Shown here in pieces: positions 16,076-28,768 of a stretch of 64,000 bases of DNA (its first letter is position 1; each line of letters begins with the position of its first letter). This DNA comes from the human T2T-CHM13v2.0 reference genome, Homo sapiens. The notes under the pieces were generated by a model, which worked only from the letters and a program-made list of their open reading frames with translations, was not told the origin of the DNA and made no database searches. The position numbers and the translations under genes are program-made. The DNA is taken from assembly GCF_009914755.1 (NCBI RefSeq), contig NC_060941.1. One strand, 5' to 3'.

Positions 16076-17849
16076 GTACCCAAAGTGTATAGCACAAGTA
16101 CCAATCACGAAGTATGAGCGTAGGGGACTGGTAAGGGTTTGCTGTTTTCACCTACCTTCTTTGGAAATACTGGATCCCAAATTCAGCCTACATTTATAGA
16201 AAAAGACATGGCAATACACCTAAATGTATTCAGTAAGGGGCTTGACTTATTTTAAAATCCAGTGTCATACCCTCTGTGGCTCAAAGCAACTGACTGTGAC
16301 AAGAACTTTTATTTATAGGCAAGGCAAAGCTGCCCAGCAGAGCTTCCATCCAAGAAAATAAAACTAACAGTAGGGAGTAAGGAAATTAACTTTCAAAGCA
16401 CCCTACCGTTTTGAAAATAACATTCTTATTCAATTTCTGTAGAAAGCTGGGACTTTGCGTTATTTAATGGCTAGAGTATAAATTAACACCCTTTTTTGTC
16501 AAATCTAATGATGTTACAAAGCAGAATTTAGAACATTTACTACTTACAAGCAAACTAACCCCCTTTCTTAACTTGTGTTCAATTGGGAAGGAAAACATCA
16601 CCCAGGCATTTCAACAGCCATGCCCTCTTGCAAAATGTTTCTTACAGAACATCAGGATTTTATCTATACCAGCATTTTTATAAACTGCAGGTCTCAACTC
16701 ATGAGTGGATCCTAAAACGCAATTCAGTGAGTCACAAGCAGCTTAGAAAAAAAGGACACAGAAAATTGCACATGATATTTTGTGAATAGTGTATGTGTTA
16801 TGGGTATTGGGTGATGTTGCAATACATATTTCGTATTGTGGATTGTGGTCAAGAAAAACTTGAAAGTCACTCAAATAACCAAGCTGTAGAGCTACTCGAT
16901 TACATGATTACACATATGGGTTTTTCAAACAAAGGCATATTGTTCAGCACCGGGTGTTTTTAAACAGAAACATAAAGGGAATGGAAGCCAGGGTGGCTAA
17001 TGGTACATAATGGCCTTAATTACACCACTGAAGGATCAATATTAGCGTAGCTCAGTCACCAGCAGCCAAGGCACAGAAACTGGTACAGCAGGAAGTGGGA
17101 AACTGGGAATCGGTCATCCCCGCCTGATGCTCAGGGTGCACATTCCAAAAAGATGATTCCATATGGTCCCCAGGGCTCGCTTCCATGAAAATAGGGAAAC
17201 AGGCGTTTGCCTGTAAGTCACAGAATCCTGCAGATGCCTGAAACACACTTCAGCCCAGCTCCCTCTCAAAGCCCAAATGTGAACATCGAAGTAAAACATT
17301 AAAAATCCACTCAAAAACAACAGGGTGGAGCTCCTGTTTCCTGGAGAGAAAGCAGTCTGCGCCCGGGAAAAGAGTCTTGGACTCCGAGAAGGAGATCCTG
17401 CCTGGCTGGGTGGGCGATGTGAAAACAGCCAAAGAAATCCAAAGGTTTCTTCCATCCAGAGCGGGCAGGCACGATGCCCTGCGTCGGGGATGGGACAGGG
17501 GCTGGCCTGGCCGCAGGGATAGGCTGCCTCTTTGTCCGAGGCCCTGCCCAGATGCCACGTTGAGATGCTCAAGGACAAATGGGAAAGTTTTTCCTGTACT
17601 CTCATCTTCCTGGGCCCCAACTACAGAGTCCTGGGTCAACTTGCAACTTCCTCTCCTTTCTCATCTCTTTCTTTTGGCCACTGTCTCTCTTCCCCAGACA
17701 CCCACTTTGGTCACTGGCTTTCCCACCGCCCTGCTCCCCCCATATTCCGTGGCCCCCGCAGCCCCACCACTCCCTTTGCGAACTCCCTGCTTTCACCCTT
17801 GGCCCAACCTTGTCGCTCTGGGAGGACACTGGGAGTGGGGTGGGGTGGG

Positions 17850-18620
17850 GGGTGGGGCAAACCCCACTGCAGGGGTACGGGGATAACAAGATCCCAATGC
17901 GTCCGAAGCAGACACCGGCCCTCCCGCCGAGGCCGCCTCGAGGCGGAAGCCACAAGCTGTTCTCAGGACGACACCCCTGGGTCCTGACACTCTGTCCCCC
18001 ACCTCCCTGGCAGGGGCCGAGTCGCAGCTTACGTGCAGTCCTGGTTGAAAGAGAAGCAGCTGAGCGCCGACTCAACCCCGCCCGGGGGAGCGTCCGCGGC
18101 CTCGGCCTCCATCGGGGGCTCGGCCGCAGCTCGGAGCCGGCGACAGCCACCTCAGCAGCCCGCCCGCGCCGGCTCCACGGGCCGGGTCGCCGGTCCTGCC
18201 CCGCCCCTACCCCGCCCCTACCCCGCCCCGTCCCCGCCGCGTCCCCGGCTTCGCCCCGCCCCTTCTCGCCCCTCCAGCTGGTCCCGAGGACCAGAGCACC
18301 TGATAGGGCGGGGCCCCTGCCTCCGGCCACCATTGGCCACGAGCCCAAGCCACGGCTGGCGGGCACCGCCCCCCTTGGCCAATCCGTGGCAGCTGTGGGC
18401 GGACCCGCCCGGCTGGCGACCCGCCCCTGGCTTCGTAACGCGGCTCTCCATTGGACAAAGGCGCGTGACGCAAAGGCAGCAGGCCCACGTGGCGGTGTTT
18501 TCATTGCCGGAGCCTCCCAGCTGGGAGGGAGAGGGAAGAAGGAATGCGGCTGGGGCCAGATCTGCTGGTTTCAGTCCGGCAACTGCGTCGGGGCCGCCGC
18601 AAGGGTGACAGGAGGACGCG
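17850..18620. promoter_or_regulatory. WIPI1: CpG island / WIPI1 promoter and 5' UTR
   Basis: Very GC- and CpG-rich; many GC boxes (CCGCCC), three CCAAT boxes (~18332, ~18379, ~18450), TGACG half-CRE (~18466), E-box CACGTG at 18486-18491; no TATA seen. Confidence 0.92.
18033..18112 (-). CDS. WIPI1: WIPI1 coding exon 1 (MEAEAADAPPGGVESALSCFSFNQDC + 2 nt)
   Basis: Minus-strand ATG at 18112-18110 (cccccgATGG), 80 nt, then donor GTAAGC. Translation matches the recalled WIPI1 N-terminus; lies in the CpG island. Confidence 0.97.
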
Positions 18621-18819
18621 CTAGTTCCCACCCCGCCCAGACCCCTTGCCATGTGTAACTCTGCCTATTAAACTTACAGAGTTTAGCAGAGAGCGTTAGA
18701 CTCCAAAGCCCCACCCTTTTGTCGAGTCCTCAAGCCGCATTGAGAGAAGCTCCTGAAATGGGGCTGCCTCAGCCAGAGAGATAGCAAGTTATCTTATCCA
18801 TTGCCGAGCGGTTGAGAAC

Positions 18820-18990
18820 CCTCACTACTTGCCAAGCGCGCCGTACTATGTATGTCATCTTGAATTCTTATAAAACTTGTGTGGAAAATACGATTGTGCT
18901 CAATATACAGAAGAGGCAACTGAAGCTCCAAAGCTAAACAATTTGTCTAAAGTAACAGTAAATGGTAGAATGTCTGCATGTCTGCTTTCA
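18820..18990 (-). mobile_element. MIR
   Basis: tacagaagaggcaactgaagctc...aatttgtctaaagtaacag resembles the antisense MIR core. Confidence 0.65.
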
Positions 18991-19030
18991 AGACCTGTGC
19001 ACTAAATAACTGCTAAACAGTAATTTGCAA

Positions 19031-19170
19031 AAACAACGTAGCACCTAGCATGCGAGATTCTAGGTTTTCTAACCAGGACAGAAATGACTGCAGCATTTGA
19101 CGGAGCTGGAAGGTGGGGGGAAGCACCTTTGATCTGAAAAGTTACAAAAATGGCACAAAGTATCTAAACA
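19031..19170 (+). repeat. Left arm of 140-bp inverted repeat
   Basis: Reverse complement of 19829-19968 with 3 mismatches. Confidence 0.95.
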
Positions 19171-19494
19171 AGACCTATCCGATCCGCAGCTGAAAAAAAT
19201 GAAAGTGTGTGTAGGGCAGTGTAGTTTATGAAAGGGGTAACGTCTTGAAGATATAGCACAATTCAAAACTCACGTAATTCGAGATAAACCTTAACAAAGA
19301 ATCTCTTTTTAAAAGCTGAGTACTGTACATGTTCCCATGCGGAATTACTGTCAATACGGTTTATGAAGCAGGAGCTCTGCCAGCTTTGGATTGTATAACT
19401 GCTGATGGATTTTTAATTCATTTTTTCAAATTTTGAGATGATATTTTAGTTATTGTTATATGACAGTCTCTCAAATCAGCATAATTCAAATTTA

Positions 19495-19545
19495 TTAGGT
19501 TGGTGCAAAAGTAATTGCGGTTTTCCCCATTTCCCACTTTTAATA
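19495..19545 (+). mobile_element. MADE1 (Hsmar1-derived MITE), single TIR/half element
   Basis: TA|TTAGGTTGGTGCAAAAGTAATTGCGGTTTT matches the Hsmar1/MADE1 terminal inverted repeat. Confidence 0.88.
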
Positions 19546-19828
19546 CCCAGTTTATGACAAAGCTACTTTTATGTATGTGTATATATATATATATTTAACC
19601 TTGGACCTACAATAGATGAACAAAGGGCACTATTTCACCTAAACCTTTCTGGTTGGATTTCCGGTTTGTGTTTTCTGAGATGCAAATGTAACAGTTTCTT
19701 TTCTCAACTTTATTATTTTTTTCTCTCCACTGATGTAAAAAATAGTTCAGCTCATAGATTCACAGATGTTATTGCTCTTTGGCTGATTGTGAGGTGTTGT
19801 ATAAACTATCAGAAGTGAATGGAACTGC

Positions 19829-19968
19829 TGTTTAGATACTTTGTGCCATTTTTGTAACCTTTCAGATCAAAGGTGCTTCCCCCCACCTTCCAGCTCTGTC
19901 AAATGCTGCAGTCATTTCTGTCCTGGTTAGAAAACCTAGAATCTGGCATGCTAGGTGCTACGTTGTTT
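19829..19968 (-). repeat. Right arm of 140-bp inverted repeat
   Basis: Reverse complement of 19031-19170 with 3 mismatches. Confidence 0.95.
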
Positions 19969-20283
19969 GGAGAATTACATGAAGTGTACCATAAAGTTTT
20001 TAAAGTGTAAGCTGTTATTATCAGTTTGTTATTAAGAGTTTGGACTTTATGGGATAGACCTGGGAGCTGGTGTTAGTTTTTGAGCAGGAGTGTTTCATGA
20101 TAAAAAAGCAGTGTCTTTGTCAGATAAACTTGGCCAGGGTGTGCAGAACAAATTAGAAGTGGGAAAAGATCTAGAAGTCTTTAGGGGACTAATGTGAAAT
20201 TCTGGAAGTAAAGGGACAGGAGAGACTAGGCTAAAGTGATGAAAACAAGGCCAGAAAATTAGACCAAATCATAGAGTTGTTTT

Positions 20284-20890
20284 CAGGCATTGCTGTCCAG
20301 TAGATAAAATGAGCCCCAAATGTGAACTCCACATTGTAAATTTCAGTTTTCTAGAAGATACATTTAAAAAGGTAGAAATAGGCAAATTAATTGGAATAAT
20401 AACATTTATTTAATCCAATGTGTCAAAAATATCATTTCAATATAAAGATAATCAATATAAAGTTACTAATCAGTTAATTCAGGTTTTAATTTTTTTTTTT
20501 TTTTGAGACAGAGTCTTGCTCTGTCACCAGGCTCACTGCAACCTCTCCATCCCGGGTTCAAGCGATTCTCCTGCCTCAGCCTCCCAAGCAGCTGGGACTT
20601 CAGGCCCCCGCCACCATGCCCAGCTAATTTTTGTATTTTTAATACAGACGGGATTTCACCATGTTGGTCAGGCTGGTCTCACACTCCTGACCTCATGATC
20701 CACCTGCCTCAGCCTCCCAAAGTGCTGGGATTACAGGCGTGAGCCACCACGCCTGGCCTCAGATTTTAATTTTTTTTTAGAACTAAATATTGAATATCCG
20801 GTGTGTATTTTTCACTTACACCATATCTCAGTTCACATGAGCCACATTTTAAGTGTTCATGTAGCTGGTGGCTACTTTATTCTCAGTAGA
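20284..20890. mobile_element. hAT-Charlie MITE (MER33-like) interrupted by an Alu
   Basis: gctgtccagtaga...tttaatccaatgtgtcaaaaatatcatttcaa...gccacattttaagtgttc...gctggtggctac. Confidence 0.7.
20490..20758 (-). mobile_element. Alu (S-type) with internal deletion
   Basis: Antisense Alu lacking ggagtgcagtgg...; TSD tcag(g/a)ttttaattt. Confidence 0.93.
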
Positions 20891-23798
20891 GTCTTGAGGG
20901 ACTAAATGACAGGCATGGCAACTGATGGGGAAGGGGGAGGGGCAGGGAAGAAGAGGGAAGAGTCAAAGCTGATTTCATGTTTGGGAAGGGGAAGCCCATT
21001 GGGTTGCTTTTAGAAACTAGATCTTCAGTCAGGTATTCAGGAAGTTGTATTTCATTTCAGACACTTTAAATCAGCAGCAGAACTGCATGCTTACTGGAAT
21101 CAAGGTTTGGATCTAGAGCTATGGCCACGGGAGAAAAATGGTCACCTTCCCAGCCTCAGCCTTTCCTGTGAATGGTCCCCCTTATATGTTTCTTTCCAGG
21201 CTAATGGTCCATTATGGCACCAGCCATGTGGAAATAACATCTCAGGGCTGCCTCATCTGATTTCATTTTTCCCAAGACAATATGTAAGTCTGTATTTTTA
21301 TATAAATCTGTGCCTATTTTATTAAAAACCTGTATTTGTAGGTAAATTTAAAAAATGATGAAAACTAATTCTTATTTTCAAAAAGTACCTCATAAGCTAA
21401 ACTAAATACATCAGCTAGCTGGATGTGGTTTGTGGAGGGCTGGTTTGTGATTTCTGTTAGAGGTGTAAGCAGCCACTTTGAAGAGCTCCACCCTCAAAAA
21501 ATTTCCCAGAAGTCCATTCATATAAAAAGCCAAGGGCAAGGTTATAAATAACTTAAGAGGTGCTGAATCCATTTAATGTCAGGCTGGTTTTTCTTTTTTA
21601 ACATTCTAGTTCTGGGTTCTGTGGGAGAGGACACTCTTGATTTGAATGTTGGGCTTATGGGCAACCTAAGTCTTACAAGTTCTTGCAACAGCAATTTCAC
21701 TACTAAATAACATCAGCAAAAGATAATGGGGTAGGTGGGGCAGGGGACAATGCTTTGTTCCAGTGGGAATAAGATTTTGGCCTTTTCTCTTTCTTTCAAC
21801 TGAAATTCCTAAATGTCTATCTTTTCCCTGAAAAACAAAACAAACAAACAAACAAAAAACTCCATTATTTCTAGGAAAACTTACTCGTAAGTAACTAGTA
21901 AGTTACTTACCAGTCAGCAAAATCTGGGAAAATAAAGCTGGGCTCTGGGAATTAAAAACATGTTTGGTAATACAAAATTGCAGGCCACAGTTCATCTAAT
22001 GGAGAGACTTCTTATTTGTATAACAATCAGGTTGTAATTTTAAAATGCTGATTAGGGCATGCACAGGGCATTCACAGGGGAAGGTGGAAATGAGACATCC
22101 TGTCTGATGCAACACTCCTGTCACCCCATATGGTCATTCATGGCACCCAACCATCTATAATTAAAGTAACTACTAGGTGAACAAACACCACTCCTGTCCT
22201 ATTCTTCTTTTTATAAAGTCCATTCTATTTTTATAAAATCAAGTTACAGGAAATAATCTCCTTTCTCTTTTCTGCTATGGGGCAACACTCAGAACATGAA
22301 CTGAGAACGAGTTGAACTCTAATGGACCAGTGTATGGTAGCCCTTTGAGAAAGGGTAAAGGAGGAAGGGCCCTGGGACAATGGAGCCAAGAGGGAGAGGG
22401 AGGGAAGGGCGATGTGTCAGTACGTGGAGGAAGCTCAAGGAGTCAGCCCTATGGTGCCAGGGTAGAAGAGGAGGGGTTGGGCTGTGGGGTGATTTCTGGG
22501 AAAGGGGATGATCGAACTGATTGGCAAGCAGGAAGCCCCAGCCAGAAGTCTGGCCGAGCAGCAGGTGCAACTGGGTTTTCTGTTTCTAATTATAGACAGT
22601 GTGTGTGAGATAGCATGGCTGCAGTGAATGAAGAGGCCCTATCATGTGCCCTTGTCCCCCAAATGGAACCATTATTTCTGGATTTATTGATTAAAAGGGG
22701 AGAGACAGGGAGCAAAAACTAACAACACTTCTAATATTCCTTGACTTATATATTCCTTCCCAAGAGTCAGGAAAAATGTTATTTCATGAAAGAGTGAATT
22801 GATGTCTTAATCTTCATTCTCTCCCCTCACCTGTCTTATTTTTGCCTCCAGAATAGCCTTCCTAAAACACCAAGGTGAATTACAGGTTCTCAATAAATGC
22901 TTGCTGATTGGCTGATGATCACGAAGACAGTTGCTTTCTACAAGTGCTTTTGCTAATGTCCTTGGAGCTGAGAGTCTGTTACCCATGCCAGTGCAGAGAG
23001 GTTCAATCAAGGTGTTTTTGTTCACCGAGGCATCTTCGCACTGGTCAAGAACACAGAGACGGGTTCAGCAGGTCAGCCAATCACCCTGCCTTAAATTTTA
23101 GAATATAATTATAGGCGATACTTGAAAATAGAAGACCAAGCTTTATAGAAAGCTTGGTTTGGAGCGTCATAGATCTTCTCATGTGACGCTAACCACATCT
23201 ATCTGGTCTAGGAATGTTTATCCCCATCAGGCAGCTGCATATGCCAAAGTGGAGACTGTCGAGTAAGTTGCCAAAGGCCCTAGGACAGTTTTTGATGCAG
23301 GTGTAGTTTGTATTCTGTCCCTTCCACTGGGTGCCCAGGTTGCCTGTCACGCTGTCTCTTGGACTGCTTTGGCTCAAGGCTGGAAATAGAATTGGCATCT
23401 TAACCTGTGCTTCATCCTATGAAGGGACAGAGGAGCAAGGGGTGAAGAGATAGAGGCAGAATTGTGCCAAGAGGGCCACGGGCCAAGTACAAGGGGGAGA
23501 GTGTGGAGTCCTGCAGCTCTTCAAAGGGCACCAGCACTTTGCCTACATTTACCAAGGGTACATCTAGAAATATTCAAAAACGTCCTTTGCTCCCAAGCAG
23601 AGAGTTAGCCTGTGCTCCTGGCTGGGCATGGCTTGTTGGAACGTGCTGTACGACTTTAGGTTTCTTTCTAGTCTAGCGGTGGTGCAGGGAGTGGTAATCA
23701 TTCTCTAGAATCAGTCACCCCTGGGAAGAAGGTGGATTCAAAGGCTTTGGGCTTAGGGTGAGAGGGGCGTGGCTAAGAATCCCGAGATTCTTGGTGAA

Positions 23799-23816
23799 CA
23801 GTGCCATCTAGTGGTC
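23799..23816 (-). promoter_or_regulatory. Candidate CTCF site
   Basis: Minus strand GACCACTAGATGGCACTG fits the core consensus CCASYAGRKGGCR. Confidence 0.6.
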
Positions 23817-24029
23817 TGTATGATTTAGTTCTAGGATGGTTGGGGGGACACCTCAGGAAAAACTGGCTTGAGTGATAAGATATGGGTAGCCAGTCCTAAA
23901 GCCCCAAAAGAAAGTCTCTGAGGCTCCCTTGTGTATTTTTCCAAAACCTCTTTACTGTCTATAAATGGAAAACACAGAAGCCTCCCTCACCACTTCCTCT
24001 GAAGGAGGAGAAGTTTGGAAGGAATTTGT

Positions 24030-24480
24030 ATATTCATTCATTCATCCATTCATTCATTTGACCAATTTTTATCATGTGCCTGTTGTGTGCCGGTCATGGC
24101 TCCAGGTTCTAGGGATATGACGCTGTCCAAAATAAATAAAAACCCCTGCCCACCTGGGCAGAGAGACCATTAACAAGAAAAATGAGATGTATAGTATCTT
24201 AGATGGTGATAAGTGCTAAGAAATGTATAGCAGTGAAAGTGTGTTTGGGAGTGTGGGGTGTAGGGAGGAGAAATTTTGCATAGGGTGGGCAGGGAAGGCC
24301 CCACTGAAAATTTCCATTTGAACAAGACCTCAGGAAGAAAAGGGAGCAGGTTATGCAGTCATATGGGAAAAAGCTCAAAGAGCAGCGAGGAGGCAGGGCC
24401 GCTGGAGTGGGGAGAAGAGTGGGGAGAACTACAGGCAAAGAGGTCAGAGTGACCTGAGAAATCACTGGAAGTTCTGACTT
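24030..24480. mobile_element. L2 fragment
   Basis: (TTCA)n L2 tail followed by tgcctgttgtgtgccgg...ctagggatat. Confidence 0.65.
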
Positions 24481-25086
24481 ACACTGGAATTCGACACAGA
24501 CAGCTGTGTTGAAAAGAAATTGAAGGTGTCTTGGGAGATTCACAATTCACTTTAGCACGTTCAAGTCTCCAGAAAGCCCAGCATTATGTTTATTTAACAT
24601 TGTTTCCCAAGTACTTTCCAAGCTTATTTAAAGATAGATTCCCTTTCTTCCAGGAACACCCACTACTTCATGTGGGAACCTGAGAAAATGGAAATCAGCT
24701 CAGATGAGCAGACTGGAATGTTCCCAACAGTCATAAACAAGGCCAGCACAAGGCCAGGTGAAAACTGTGTTTAACCCAAGGCCACACTGTAGCTGCAAAA
24801 TTACTGACATTGGCGTATCTAATCCTTTCTTATCAAAGCCTCTCCCAGACCCACTCGATTTCTCCACTTGCTGAACAAAAATTTCTGAGATATCCGATGA
24901 TGAAACCACCTGCTTCACAACACATCCATTCCTGACCTGATTCCTGTTTCTTCTACCTTTCCCTTCCTAGCATAACTTAACACAAACCTGGCAAAAAGCC
25001 CTTTCCCACAGCCTCTTACTGAGATGCCTCATGGTTCACTTGATGTGCACACCCTCTTGCTGCAGGAAGTTAATAAAACTGACATT

Positions 25087-25355
<269 letters not shown>

Positions 25356-25487
25356 CCCTAACATTGAAAAGGTTTATTCCTCTTATACTTTACCTGTAGG
25401 TGTTATCAGAGCCCAGCGTTTCATAGAACGAGGTGTAAGAACAGCTGGACAAAATGATCACTTCCTATTATGAAATTCTGGGTCTAA

Positions 25488-25869
<382 letters not shown>

Positions 25870-26091
25870 CCGGCCGGGTTATTTTTATAAGTTACTCCTT
25901 GTCTATCTGGTCCCTTCTGCTGCTAACATTTTTGGCTGAACATTTGTACTATGGGATCTCTTGGCTTGATGAGGGTTTAATACGCTTCCCTTCTGCTGGG
26001 AGCCTCCTTGGACTTTCTTGGGCAATGCACAGATGTCTGGAGACAGACCAGATTGTTTCTGGGCAAAACAAAGCACATTGTCTCAGCTTTC

Positions 26092-26509
<418 letters not shown>

Positions 26510-26956
26510 TAGAGGATGTCGGAGAGGGGCGAGTGATGGGGGCAGAGACCAGGTGAGAGGCTGGTATGTCAATTCAAGTCAGACACTGGAACTTAGGTGC
26601 TTGCTGTGGGTGGAGGTAGAATGTATAGGACTCAGTGGCCTATTACATGAGGGAACTGGGAGAGGCAGGTCAGCATGGAGATTGGTTGTCAGTGTAACTT
26701 GGGTTTCCCCTGACCTTACTGACTTCTGCGTGCAAATGGGCCTGTCGTGCAAATGGGCCTGTGTTATCACTTACCCAAATTTCACCGGCTTCTTCCTCTA
26801 CCTTTTATAGAACATACAGCTCCCTCCAAAGCCTTTCCTATTAATTACTGGGAGTCCCCGGAAATGCCTCGCACGTGCGGGGACCTGCCCTTTTAGGCTT
26901 TGCCCATAGGGATTTTTGTTTCTGCTGATGAAGGCCCTTGTGATTGATGCCTAATT

Positions 26957-26973
26957 GCTGCCACCTGCTGGAG
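26957..26973 (-). promoter_or_regulatory. Candidate CTCF site
   Basis: Minus strand CTCCAGCAGGTGGCAGC fits the CTCF core. Confidence 0.55.
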
Positions 26974-27035
26974 TCCACTGTAACAACACTGAAGTGTTTC
27001 TTCCCACCAGTACACACCCTTTCTGCTTGTATTGA

Positions 27036-27404
<369 letters not shown>

Positions 27405-27409
27405 TAATT

Positions 27410-28130
27410 TTTTATTGAAGTGAAATTTACATACAGTTAACCATTTTTAAGTGAACAACGCGGTGACATCTAGTGCGTTCACAAGGTTGTGCATCCACCT
27501 CCGTTATCTGGTTCCAAAACATTTCCATCACTCCGAAAGAAAACCCTGTACCCCTTAAACAGCTACTACCCATCCCTCCTCCCCAAGCCCTTGGCAATGA
27601 CCAGTCAGCTTTCTGTTTCTATGGATTTATCTATTCTGGATATCTCATATAAATGGAATCACACAATACGTGGCCCTTTGTGTCTGGCTTTCACTTAGCA
27701 GAATGTTTTCAAGGTTCATCCACGTTGTAGCATGTGTCGGTATTTCATTTCTTTTTATGGCTGAATAGTATTCCTTTGAATACGCATATCACAATTTTAT
27801 ACATTTATCAGCTGAGGGACATTTGGGTTGTTCCCATCTTTTGGCTATTGTGAATATCATGAACATGTGCATACATGTACTTATTTGGTACATGTTTTCA
27901 ATTCTCTTGAGAACACTCTGAACTCCTAGGAGTGGAATTGCTGGGTCACCTGGTAATTCTATGTTTAACTTTTTGAGGAACTGCAAAACTGTTTTTCATA
28001 GCAGCTGAACCATTTTACATTCCTATAGCAGCATACAGGGACTCCAGTTTCTCCATATCCTTGCCAACACTTGTTATTTTCTGTTTTTTTGTTTTTGTTT
28101 TCCGAATTACTATAGCCATCCTTGTGGGTG
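27410..28130 (-). mobile_element. L1 (L1MB-like) 3' region, antisense
   Basis: tttattgaagtgaaatttacatac...ggatatctcatataaatggaatc...gagtggaattgctgggtca; ORF 27789..27986 resembles the L1 ORF2 C-terminus. Confidence 0.9.
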
Positions 28131-28514
28131 TCATGAACACTAAAGTTTTATGAGATGCCTGCAAACTGCAAACCCTTGGGACATCTAACCAGTGCTCGAT
28201 GCCCCAGCATTCTCACTGAGTCAAAGCCCTACTGTACTCTCAAGATCCCTGTGCTCATTCTGGGTCACACTCTTGACACCTGGACAATAAGTTTCAACAC
28301 AGAGCTCTCTCTTTATGAAGCTCAAATGGGAGTTCAAGAACTCGATATCTGAAGCAGATCCCAGGCTTTCCTTCCTGGCCTGTTCTTTCCAATCTTATCT
28401 TTCATTCTCCTAGCTAAAATCTCTTGATATACCACCAGCTCTTTAGGTACACTGGGATATGATTGCTTCGAAACTTAGCTGCTTAGCTTCGGCTGGGGAT
28501 CTCTATTATGCAGG

Positions 28515-28768
28515 GGTTGTTGTTGTTGTTGTTTGTTTGTTTTTGTTTGTTCATTTGTTTTGGAGACACGATCTTGCTCTGTCACCCAGGCTGGAGTGCA
28601 GTGGTGCCATCATGGCTCACTGCAGCATTGACTTCCCAGGCTCAACTGACCCTCCCACCTCAGCCTCCACAAGTAGCTGGGACCACAGGCACATACTACC
28701 ATGCCCAACTAATTTATAGATATACATTTTTTTTAGAGAGATGATGTTTTGCCATGTCACCCAGGCTG
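28515..28768 (-). mobile_element. Truncated AluJ with (GTT)n/(GTTT)n tail
   Basis: Right monomer plus part of the left monomer. Confidence 0.85.

Noticed and set aside
18332-18341. ATTGGCCACG as an ERSE-II element
   Set aside because: Lacks the 1-nt spacer of ATTGG-N-CCACG; no CCAAT-N9-CCACG match found at the other CCAAT boxes.
17377-18658. Long overlapping ORFs (359 aa, 300 aa, 191 aa etc.) over the promoter
   Set aside because: Stop-poor GC-rich CpG island giving P/R/G/A-rich low-complexity translations in several frames; the real coding part is the 80-nt WIPI1 exon 1.
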